Assembly (NCBI GenBank): GCA_002269645.1
Contig: NIVC01001192.1
Coordinates: forward strand, 124,001 to 188,000
DNA from: Macrostomum lignano
Lineage: Eukaryota
Length of the DNA: 64,000 nucleotides
Direction of reading: 5' to 3'
In this document: positions 1-8,905 of the stretch, piece by piece
Layout of the letters: every line of letters starts with the position of its first letter
Numbering within the stretch: the first letter of the stretch is position 1
Notes under the pieces: generated by a model
Told to the model about the DNA's origin: nothing
Seen by the model: the letters and a program-made list of their open reading frames with translations, nothing else
Database searches by the model: none
Program-made: the position numbers and the translations under genes

Positions 1-329
1 GTTCGTGTAATTTATATATTCATTTTCTGTATAATGCCTACTATATTTTACCATTTTACATTTTATCTTACTTTTTACCCCTTTTTATTGTAACTTGGGA
101 TTTTCTATAGCACTATAGAGTGTTATTTTATAACTTTTGCTAACCTGACCATTTTTAAAACACACTTTATGGGCTCTTACATGCCTTATCTATCTTTATG
201 AATGTAGATATTGAAGATAATTTAGCCTGATAAATCGCTTGCGCAATTTAGCGTCTGACACCTCGTATCCAAAATTATCTTATTTATGTGTCTTGATGTA
301 ACCGCCCTTGTCGCCTGTCCGCTCCGTAG

Positions 330-2420
330 AGAGACGAACGCATGACTAGAGGGGGCAATGACCGTAGGCTGCCTATTACCGGGCAATGACCTGACGGACC
401 TCCAGCACCAGACTGTCCCGCCCACATGATTGATAGCTTTGGTAGCGCTTTGTGACCAGAGGGCCAAGGACCCACATGGACCCCACCTGTAGCCAAGGTG
501 CAATAGTTGGTCACTCGGTCATGGTATGACCGAGTGGCTGCCACCACTCTATGTGACCTGGCGCACCTGGATCTTACTACCAGACCTCTCGAGGCTAGAG
601 CCCCGCCTGGGATGGTTACCAGGAGATTTAGGCTAACAGGGGAGACACATGCAGCCGAGTACAGGGACTCTTCTTGGGGCATGATCGGGAACTCTGGGCT
701 CAATCTGGAGGATTTCTCAGCAGGGGATTCTTTGTGGCTGTGAGCGAGGCTGACTTGCGACTTTGATTACTAAGAGTAGTATGAGGCGAACATGTACTGT
801 CTACAGTTTAGATTGCTCAGGGCGAAGGGACGCGTCAGCATGGGGTTGCAAACCTTCCTACTGCCATTCTGTGCCAAGACTCGCTAATCCCTCTACTGCA
901 CGCACACACGGCCCCGCAGCACGCACTCACAGGCGGGCTTTGCACGGGGAGAGGCCATTAGCTTACCCAACTTCCTTATACTTTGCCACCCCGGGAGAAA
1001 GGCTTAGCAAGCCATGAGTGAAATGATGGTGAGGTTAGTTAATAGTTAATAATTTGGCCCTTAGGCAAATAATCAGGCAATTAGGCGGCTTCACTATTGA
1101 GTAAAAGTACAGCAAAAGATACGGTACCACGATTGGCTCAGCTCTCTAATCAAGTAATGGCAAAATAGGCAAACCCCGGATAAGCAGAGGCAATTAGAGC
1201 ACAAATTAGTAATAGGAACTTACCGGCAGCTGCACAGAGAGAGAGAGAGAGCGGCGGAGTGACCGAGGGCGGCTGTAGGCTGCAGTCAGGCAGACAGTGA
1301 AGCGACGAGGCGCTGATGTAGATCAGGCGATGCTGATGATGCTGGGCGGTATCAGACCGCTGGCCGATAGGCGAGCTCACTTGGGAGCTAAGGATAACTG
1401 GGCAGTATCAGACCGCGGGCCGGCAGAGGTTCGTCCTACAGACGAATAGGTCAGAGCTACGTCTGGCAGCGAGTCCACAGTAGGACGAGAAGGAACGCCC
1501 AAGCAAGAAAAGGAAAGGCCAGGACCGAGACCGAGTGAGGATTCACATGCCGAAAACCGCCTCCTTATATAGCCATCCCAGCCGCCGCTCCAAGGTCGTT
1601 TCCATGACTCCCTCTCTGATTGGCTGCCGGCAGAATGACGCCAGAATGAGTCAAGATGAGAAGTATGAGAACGGCATAGCAACATGAGAAATGGGAGAAT
1701 TGCGCAATCCGGAGGTGGGCTGGGGGGGGGGGTAATTGGCGCAGCGGGAGGTCGCGAAAGTGTTGCGCAAGCAAACATTGAGAACAATGGGGCGGGGGTC
1801 GAGAACAAAGGAATTGGAAATCGGGGATAATTGTGGAGAACCGAAAACAATAGAAAAGCAAACATTGGGGAAAAGGTGATAATTAGGTGTGAAAATGAGA
1901 ACAATAGAAAGAGAAAATCGAAGAAAATGTGATAAATGGTGGAGGTAAAGAGAACAAAAGAATCAAAAACGAGAACAATAGAAGCGGAGGTGGGGTGGGT
2001 GTCGCATGAGAAATTTGGGGAGGAGAACAATAGTATGAGAAAAGGTTGCGCAAGAGAGGGGGATGAGTCATCGATGAGTCATCGAGGGGAATGAGGGGTC
2101 ACACGACATGCGTCACCGTTTGGGAGTTTGAGAAGGGAAGGGGTGACGGTGAGCGCATAAAATACTGTAAGTAGACGCAGAGAAAGGGGGCAGCGCAGGA
2201 AACTAGTTCAGAAAGAGACAAAAAAGAGGAGAGACAGGGAAAGTACACGAAGAATAGGGCGGAAAGCAGAAGAGATAGGGTGGAGGGGAGGGGGAGGGGG
2301 GCACAGAGAGGGGTAGGGAGCTCCGGAAAGGCAAGTGTGGCGGCAGGGGAGACGGAGCCAAGGCAGCAGGGGGTGCAGCAGAGCGGGAGTCTCCAGGCCT
2401 GGTCGAAGAAGGAGACCTGG
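330..2420. other. Unidentified GC/purine-rich block, probably a degraded transposable-element segment
   Basis: Composition differs from the AT-rich flanks. Homology to the repeated array unit starts only at ~2421 (compare ~24497 and ~34872). No recognisable protein motif in its ORFs. Confidence 0.3.
1564..2083 (-). promoter_or_regulatory. Promoter/U3-like motif cluster
   Basis: Minus-strand TATATAAGG at ~1564-1572 and CCAAT at ~1619-1623. TTGCGCAA x3 (1700, 1763, 2046), AACAATRG x5 (~1785-2030), tandem GATGAGTCATC x2 (2062-2083). Confidence 0.35.
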
Positions 2421-2641
2421 CCTGTAACTGTTGTAAACGATAAGGCATATTTCTCCGTGCAGTAGTTGTTACACTTTTTGTTTACTTTTCTTATTAAATG
2501 TTGTTTATTTCACTTTTGAATAAGTTTTAACACTTTAATGTTTTTACTACCGCACCATGTAAACCAAGTTTTAGATTCACAAGCGCAGTCAAACTGCATA
2601 AATTTTATTGTGGTGTATTTTTTCTAACCTGAGTAGCGTAC

Positions 2642-2834
2642 TGTAGTCTGGCTTGTTGGTGCGCGTGCACTTAGATGTGCACGTCTGGTTTTGGGGGTTG
2701 GGGTTTAGCGCTGCAGCGTGTGCGTGCTTAGGGTGGTTACACCCACCCCAACTTTGGCATTAAATATATTGGCGTGAGCCAGTGAGGTCTCCTCACGTTT
2801 TGTTATTCACTGCAATTCAACCCACGGTCTTACA
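2642..2834 (+). repeat. 5' LTR of Gypsy element
   Basis: TGTAGT...CTTACA; direct repeat of 7390-7582. Confidence 0.96.
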
Positions 2835-2835
2835 C

Positions 2836-2848
2836 TGGTGGCAGCGGT
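2836..2848 (+). promoter_or_regulatory. Primer-binding site (tRNA-Leu type)
   Basis: TGGTGGCAGCGGT, 1 nt after the LTR; complementary to the 3' end (ACCGCTGCCA-CCA) of metazoan tRNA-Leu AAG/TAG as recalled. Confidence 0.8.
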
Positions 2849-2854
2849 CTCAAT

Positions 2855-3649
2855 ATGGCCAAATCAGAGCAAGCCAGTTTATTGCCTCCAAAGTTCAGCG
2901 GCGACTCCAACGTGAGAATGTGGCTAAGCACGTTTGAAGACTTCGCCGACGACTGTGAATGGGACGACAAGAAGAAGGCAAAGAAGCTGAGACTGCTGGT
3001 GACAGGAGAAGCGCAAATCTTCGTTTGGGAGCAGCCGGCAGACGTGTCAGCCAGCTATGAAAGTCTGAAGGAGAAGCTGATCGAGTGCTTCGGCAACAGT
3101 CTGAGCTGCTACAGAGCAATGGAGGATTTTGTAGAGCGAAAGCGACAGCCCAACGAGTCGCTGAGGGAGCTCGCCTACAGCCTGAAGCTTCTCCACCTTC
3201 GGGCCCGCCCGGACGACTCCGTGGCGGCTCGGGAAAAGGACGTGAAGTTTCGCCTGATGCACCTCCTGCCATCTGCCGTGAGAGATGCGCTGTTGAAGGA
3301 CCAGGACGCGGACTCGTGTTCGCTGACCGCTATCGTCGACAGAGCTGCGCAGCTTGAGCTGGTGAGCCACGCAACTACAGCCTCATCAGCCGCGGTGTCG
3401 GTAGAAGACAGACGGCTGAGCCAGCTGGAGCAGCAGATGCAGCAGCTGACAGCCAGCGTGCGAACGGGACCACTCGGAAGAGACAGGCGTCAGAAGGGAC
3501 CCATCAAGTGCTTCAGCTGCGGCGAGCCGGGTCACATCGCTAGGCGGTGCCCAAAGGCGATCGGCAGCCGCTGCAGCCGGTGCTCAGGCAAGGGTCACTC
3601 CGCCGCGGTGTGCCCGACACCAACTGGTCAGCCGCAGGGAAACTTCTGA
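2855..3649 (+). CDS. gag: Gag (retrotransposon capsid + two CCHC zinc knuckles)
   Basis: PPKFSGD...W...F capsid start; CFSCGEPGHIARRC and CSRCSGKGHSAAVC knuckles. Confidence 0.93.
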   Translation: MAKSEQASLLPPKFSGDSNVRMWLSTFEDFADDCEWDDKKKAKKLRLLVTGEAQIFVWEQPADVSASYESLKEKLIECFGNSLSCYRAMEDFVERKRQPNESLRELAYSLKLLHLRARPDDSVAAREKDVKFRLMHLLPSAVRDALLKDQDADSCSLTAIVDRAAQLELVSHATTASSAAVSVEDRRLSQLEQQMQQLTASVRTGPLGRDRRQKGPIKCFSCGEPGHIARRCPKAIGSRCSRCSGKGHSAAVCPTPTGQPQGNF

Positions 3650-3679
3650 GGGTCGGCAGCCTGGGGCCAGCACCGACCC
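3637..3679 (+). promoter_or_regulatory. -1 programmed ribosomal frameshift signal
   Basis: G GGA AAC heptamer (3637-3643) in the gag frame, 6-nt spacer, then stem GGGTCGG (3650-3656) / CCGACCC (3673-3679). pol is in the -1 frame. Confidence 0.85.
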
Positions 3680-6600
3680 GCTCAAAAGGGGCCCTCAGAT
3701 CAGCGCCTTCAGTCTTCGTGAAGGTGCACTTTGGCAGCGTGTCAGCGCCTGCTCTGCTCGACACCGGCGCGCAAGTTTCGTTGATGGACAAGTCGCTGTT
3801 CGACAGACTGCAGTGCAAGATCGACTCCACCGACATCGGTGCGCTGCCGACGGCCGTCGACGGATCCCGGCTGCGCTGCCTTGGCCTGTCAGCAGCGGAT
3901 GTTTCGATCGGCCAGACCATCCGCGTGCGCCATCGCTTCACAGTCGTGGACGGCATCCAGCCCAACCTGATCATCGGCATGGACTTCATCGGCGAGGTGT
4001 CGCAGGCGATGACCATTGACATTAAAGAAGGCGTCGTCAGGTTCGACAGCACAGCCGTGCCTTTCAGCAGCGAGCCGGCTCGAGCAGACTGTCGCCTGGT
4101 GCCGAGTGTCCTGGTGGCGCGTGTGGCGGCAACTACGGAGTTGCCCGCCCGCAGCGAGAAGCTGGTGTGGCTCAAGGTGGATTCCAGCGGCGAGCAGGGA
4201 GTCTTTGAGCCGTCTGGGGACTTCTTGAAGTCCACTGCCGTCCTGCCGGTCCGCGTGCTGGCGGTCTCGGACGACTGCCGCATCCCGGTGAAAATGTGCA
4301 ACCTGGAAGAGGAGCCCGTGCTGCTGTACGCCAACAAGGCGGTCGGCACGTTCGAAGGCGCGATGACAGACGGGGACGGTCGCCAGGAGGCGGCCCAGGA
4401 GAACCCCGTCGGTTGGAACATGAACGCGGAGCTGCCCGAACCGGATGCTGCGAGGCTGCGACAGCTGCTGGAGAGCAACGAGGACCTGTTCGCCAGGCAC
4501 GAGTACGACCTGGGCACGACGGCGTTGCTGCAGCACCAGATCGAGCTGGAGCCGGGAGCGCGGCCACACCGGCAGGTCCAGCGCCGGCTGCCGCTGTCTG
4601 TGCGAGACCAGGTGGACAAGAAGATCGGCCAGATGCTGGAAAGCGGCATCATCGAGCCGTCGACATCGCCATGGGCCAGCAACCTGCTGGTGGTCCGCAA
4701 GAAGAACGGCGACATCAGACTGTGCACGGACTGGCGGCAGCTCAACGCCTGCACGGTCAAGGATGCGTACCCGCTGCCGCACCTGCAGCAGGCCATGGAT
4801 GCGCTTGTCGGATGCTCCTGGTTCTCCACCATCGACTGCCGGCAGGGCTACCACCAGGTGGAGGTGGCGGAGGAGGACCGGTACAAGACGGCTTTCTATT
4901 CGACGCGCGGCCTGATGCAGTTCTGCAAGATGGGCTTCGGGATGTGCAATGCCCCGGCGACGTTCCAGCGGCTCATGGAACTGGTGATGTCCGGCCTGTC
5001 CTGGGAGTCCGTGCTGACTTATATCGACGACATCATTGTCTTCAGCAGGACGTTCGACGAGCACTTAGAGAGGCTGGCGGAAGTTTTTAAGCGGTTGCGA
5101 GACGCGGGACTCAAGCTGCATAAGGCCAAGAGCGCGTTCGGCCATCGCCGGGTGCTGTACCTGGGACACCTGATCAGCGAGCAGGGCATCGCACCGGATC
5201 CCGGCAAGGTCGAGGCCATTCGCAGCATGCCCAGCCCAACGACGACCGAGGAGGTGAAGCGGTTTCTTGGAATGCTGGGGTTCTACCGTCGGTTCATCCC
5301 AGGCTTCAGCCAGACGGCGAGGGTCCTGCACGACGTCAGCGTGAAATCGAGGGACTTCGCGTGGAGCAGCGACTGCGAGCGAGCGTTCCACGAGTTGAAG
5401 GACCGACTGACGACGGCTCCGGTGCTGAGGCTGCCGGATTTTACCAAGCAGTTCGTGCTCAGCTGCGACAGCAGTCAGTTCGCCGTCGGCGCGGTGCTCA
5501 GCCAGCTGCACAGTGACGCCGAGCTGCCTGTGTCGTTCGCCTCTCGCACCCTCAACAAGGCCGAGCGCAACTACTCGGCGACCGACCGCGAGCTGCTGGC
5601 GCTGGTCTGGAGTCTGAAGCACTTCAGGACGTACCTGCTGAGTGTCCCGAGCTTCAGAGTCTACTCGGACCACCGGCCACTGCAAGGTCTGCTGGCAACG
5701 AAGGACCCCGAAGGTCGGCTGGCGCGATGGCTTTCTACGCTGCAGCAGTTTTCGTTCGAGCTGCTGTACCGGCCTGGCAGGGACAACGTCGTGCCGGATG
5801 CGCTGAGCCGGGTGGCCGGCACGCGCCTGCAGCCTCGGTGGGACGACAGCCGCCTGCACGAGGAGCAACTGCAAGACCCGCTGCTGAGCAAGGTGTTCCA
5901 GGCGCTGACCGACGGGATTGACAGCCTGTCCGATTCATGGGCGGCGCAGGTTCGCGAGCTGCTGGACGAGGCCTCGGTGAGCTCGGCGGGTGTCCTGCTG
6001 GTGGGTGGCCGGCCAGTCATTCCCGGTCACCTGCGGCCGCATTTTCTGCAGCAGGCGCACTCGTGCGACCAGAGCGGACACCTCGGCGTCGACAGGACCG
6101 GAGCGAGATTGTCTGAGCGCTGCTGGTGGCCTGGTCTGCGACGGGACGTCGAGAACTGGGTGGCCAGCTGCGCGGTCTGCCTGGCCAAGAAGAGTCCAAC
6201 CAAGCCGCAGAAGGCGCCGCTACAGTCGACGTGCCAGCCGACGGCTCCGTGGCAGCTGGTGCAGATCGACATCAAAGGGCCGCTTCCGCGTACGACTGAT
6301 GGCAAGGCGTACATCCTGAGCATGTGCGACGCCTTTTCCAAGTGGATGGAGACGGCAGCCCTGGCGGCGATCGACGCGGTGACGGTGGCGGAGGCGCTGC
6401 TCAAGTCGGTGGTTCTGCGTCACGGCGCTCCTCAGGTGCTGCACAGTGACCAGGGACGGCAATTCGAGAGCGAGGTGTTCGGCCGGCTCTGCGAGCAGCT
6501 GGGCGTTGAAAAGACGCGCACGTCGCCGTTTCATCCGAGCGGCAACGGAATCGTCGAGCGAGGCAACCGGACGCTCGGCGATATGCTGGCGACGACGGTG

Positions 6601-7353
6601 GCCGAGAACCAGCAGGATTGGGACAGCAAGCTGCCGTATGTGACCTGGGCCTACAACACCTCCGTGCACAGCACCACCGGCCTCAGTCCGTACCAGGTCC
6701 TCCACGGCTGGCCACCGAGGCTGGCTCTCGAAAGCTGGCTGATAAGCGGCGACCGGCCGGCAGCCGACGGTGGACATCACGGCTTCCTGCGGCGGACTCA
6801 GGAGAACCTGCAGAGCGCTTTCGACACAGTGCACGGCCGACTGCGGAGCGCCCAGGTCGAGCGCAACCGGCTGGCCAACCAGGACTCTCGGTTCGTGCCG
6901 TTCGAAGAGGGCCAGCTCGTGATGCTGCGCAACTCCGTCATCAAGCGCGGCCAGACGCGGTGCCTGAGCGCCAAGTGGAAGGGGCCGTACCGAGTCCTGA
7001 GGCGCCTGGGCGAGGTCAATTACCGCATCCAGGACGAGACCGGCCGCAGGCGCCGGCTGGTGGTGCACCACGACCGCCTCAAGCGCTTCGTGCAGCGGCG
7101 GGCGTCACTGGAGCTTCCGGCCGCAGCAGACCACCAGCCGCCGGCCGCCGACTCCAACAACGACGGCACCGTCGCTGAGCCGCCCGGGCAGGCGGCCGAT
7201 CCTGACGGCGACGCGGTGACCTTCTGGCCCGAGCTGCAGGCAGACGAGGCACCCGAGGAGCAGCCGGCGGCACCGGCCGAGCTGGTCACGGTTCCCCGGC
7301 GGTCGGCGAGAGAGCGGCGGCCACCTGACTTGTACATGGCGGGCTTTGCTTGA
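3640..7353 (+). CDS. pol: Pol polyprotein (protease, RT, RNase H, integrase), expressed via -1 frameshift
   Basis: LLDTGA (PR); YPLP and YIDDII (RT); CDSS...GAVLSQ, ERNYS, DHRPL (RH); H-H-C-C, QIDIKGP, SDQGRQF, VERGNRTL, WKGPY (INT). Uninterrupted frame. Confidence 0.96.
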   Translation, partial: KLLRVGSLGPAPTRSKGALRSAPSVFVKVHFGSVSAPALLDTGAQVSLMDKSLFDRLQCKIDSTDIGALPTAVDGSRLRCLGLSAADVSIGQTIRVRHRFTVVDGIQPNLIIGMDFIGEVSQAMTIDIKEGVVRFDSTAVPFSSEPARADCRLVPSVLVARVAATTELPARSEKLVWLKVDSSGEQGVFEPSGDFLKSTAVLPVRVLAVSDDCRIPVKMCNLEEEPVLLYANKAVGTFEGAMTDGDGRQEAAQENPVGWNMNAELPEPDAARLRQLLESNEDLFARHEYDLGTTALLQHQIELEPGARPHRQVQRRLPLSVRDQVDKKIGQMLESGIIEPSTSPWASNLLVVRKKNGDIRLCTDWRQLNACTVKDAYPLPHLQQAMDALVGCSWFSTIDCRQGYHQVEVAEEDRYKTAFYSTRGLMQFCKMGFGMCNAPATFQRLMELVMSGLSWESVLTYIDDIIVFSRTFDEHLERLAEVFKRLRDAGLKLHKAKSAFGHRRVLYLGHLISEQGIAPDPGKVEAIRSMPSPTTTEEVKRFLGMLGFYRRFIPGFSQTARVLHDVSVKSRDFAWSSDCERAFHELKDRLTTAPVLRLPDFTKQFVLSCDSSQFAVGAVLSQLHSDAELPVSFASRTLNKAERNYSATDRELLALVWSLKHFRTYLLSVPSFRVYSDHRPLQGLLATKDPEGRLARWLSTLQQFSFELLYRPGRDNVVPDALSRVAGTRLQPRWDDSRLHEEQLQDPLLSKVFQALTDGIDSLSDSWAAQVRELLDEASVSSAGVLLVGGRPVIPGHLRPHFLQQAHSCDQSGHLGVDRTGARLSERCWWPGLRRDVENWVASCAVCLAKKSPTKPQKAPLQSTCQPTAPWQLVQIDIKGPLPRTTDGKAYILSMCDAFSKWMETAALAAIDAVTVAEALLKSVVLRHGAPQVLHSDQGRQFESEVFGRLCEQLGVEKTRTSPFHPSGNGIVERGNRTLGDMLATTVAENQQDWDSKLPYVTWAYNTSVHSTTGLSPYQVLHGWPPRLALESWLISGDRPAADGGHHGFLRRTQENLQSAFDTVHGRLRSAQVERNRLANQDSRFVPFEEGQLVMLRNSVIKRGQTRCLSAKWKGPYRVLRRLGEVNYRIQDETGRRRRLVVHHDRLKRFVQRRASLELPAAADHQPPAADSNNDGTVAEPPGQAADPDGDAVTFWPELQADEAPEEQPAAPAELVTVPRRSARERRPPDLYMAGFA

Positions 7354-7376
7354 CTCTGGAACTGTCTTTTGCTTCT

Positions 7377-7389
7377 AGGGGGAAAGTAG
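7377..7389 (+). promoter_or_regulatory. Polypurine tract
   Basis: AGGGGGAAAGTAG immediately before the 3' LTR. Confidence 0.85.
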
Positions 7390-7582
7390 TGTAGTCTGGC
7401 TTGTTGGTGCGCGTGCACTTAGATGTGCACGTCTGGTTTTGGGGGTTGGGGTTTAGCGCTGCAGCGTGTGCGTGCTTAGGGTGGTTACACCCACCCCAAC
7501 TTTGGCATTAAATATATTGGCGTGAGCCAGTGAGGTCTCCTCACGTTTTGTTATTCACTGCAATTCAACCCACAGTCTTACA
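7390..7582 (+). repeat. 3' LTR of Gypsy element
   Basis: Copy of 2642-2834; single G/A difference (2826 vs 7574). Confidence 0.96.
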
Positions 7583-8905
7583 GTACTATTCCGCTTTTTT
7601 GTCTGCTGCATCCTGCTTCCGTGTCCTACGACTACCGGTTTTGTTAACTTGAAGTTTACTGAACTGTAATCTTTATCTGCCACTATGAAAGCGCCGTGTG
7701 TGTGCGCTACTTCTGCCGGTCCTTTGTGTGACTCATCGAAATTAATTTTAAAGTTTCTGTTTCTGCACTTTTACAATCTTAATACTCGTAGATAATTTTC
7801 TAAAATGCGATATTTATATATGCATTAATGCTGCATTAGCCAACAGCAGAAGCGACTCACGGTCATGAGACCAAACCTCCTTATTCAGCTTTAACAGCGA
7901 TAAATAACTGGAACAGTGGAACTGCGGATCAGTCTAAACTACCTAGAAGGCAATGCTGATTGCACTGTCACTATACGTCGCTTGCGATTGCGACACTAAG
8001 CATAGCAGTCCGTTTTATTGGCTTTTTATTAAAATATATAACTTTGCCTGCAATTAGGTCTGCTTGTCCATAAAATGACAAGTGCTTTTGATTTTTACTC
8101 ATTTTCTATCATCCTAATATTTAGTTTTAGAAATCAATATTATATCTTTAGATGCTCAGCACATCTTTAGTATGTTAGAAGATTAGAGAATTAAAAACTA
8201 AATTGGCAGTTAGACGTATTGTCATAATATTATGGCACGATCGTTTTTTTACTTTCAGTTCAGTAGCAAGAAAGCATGTGTAAGCTATTTTATAAAAAGA
8301 AACGCTGTCAGAGTGACTTGCAGTCGTAAACAACTTGCTATTGGTGCAGCCGCAATGTACATTAGCCAGCGTCACTAAAAATGTACATGGCAGACAGCTT
8401 TAGGCTGGAATACCGAGGAAGGCAATAAAAAGATGGGGGGTGGGGTAGTCGGGGTAGAGATTTTTCGGCCGGAGGGATTAAACTGAAGATTAAGAGGTCC
8501 AATAATAAACGAATCTATATAATTCACATGGCAGCTTTAGGCGGAACAACAGACAAGGCTACAAAATTTTGCCGTCGTTGGGGGGATTCAATTTAGTGAA
8601 TTAATTTTCATTTTTAGTATATAGGAAATTGATAGAATTTAATTTTCTACTGAGCTGGAAGTTGCTTAGATGCAAATGTACTCTGTTGATACAATAATAG
8701 ACTATCACTATAGCTTAGGCAATTCTTTACTAAACCTTCCTATAGTAGTTATTTATTGATAGATAAGTGCAGAAGTCTTATCAGCTATCGAGTAGCATTG
8801 TATAGTAACCAGGCCTTACTTAGCTACCTATAAGCTACTTTTTGTCTGAATGAAAGTATCTGATATACAAAAATGGCGTCTGTTGTTTTTTCAGAGTTGA
8901 GTACA

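Larger units (their letters stand above)
2642..7582 (+). mobile_element. Full-length Ty3/Gypsy LTR retrotransposon (4941 bp)
   Basis: 193-bp TG...CA LTRs with 1 mismatch. 4-bp TSD GTAC (2638-2641, 7583-7586). PBS, PPT, gag and pol (PR-RT-RH-INT order). Empty site is present in the duplicated units (~24712, ~35087). Confidence 0.97.

Noticed and set aside
512-536. Perfect 11-bp hairpin CACTCGGTCAT-GGT-ATGACCGAGTG
   Set aside because: Isolated, with no terminator, Helitron or ribozyme context to give it a function.
3540-7418. Many long overlapping and antisense ORFs inside the Gypsy element
   Set aside because: Expected shadow frames of GC-rich coding DNA; no motifs.
7685-7740. ATGAAAGCG... 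segment that reads ALLLPVLCVTH after a 1-nt shift, like a relic signal-peptide exon
   Set aside because: Needs a frameshift and has no GT donor; the real P1 exon 1 is at 8906. Too weak to call.
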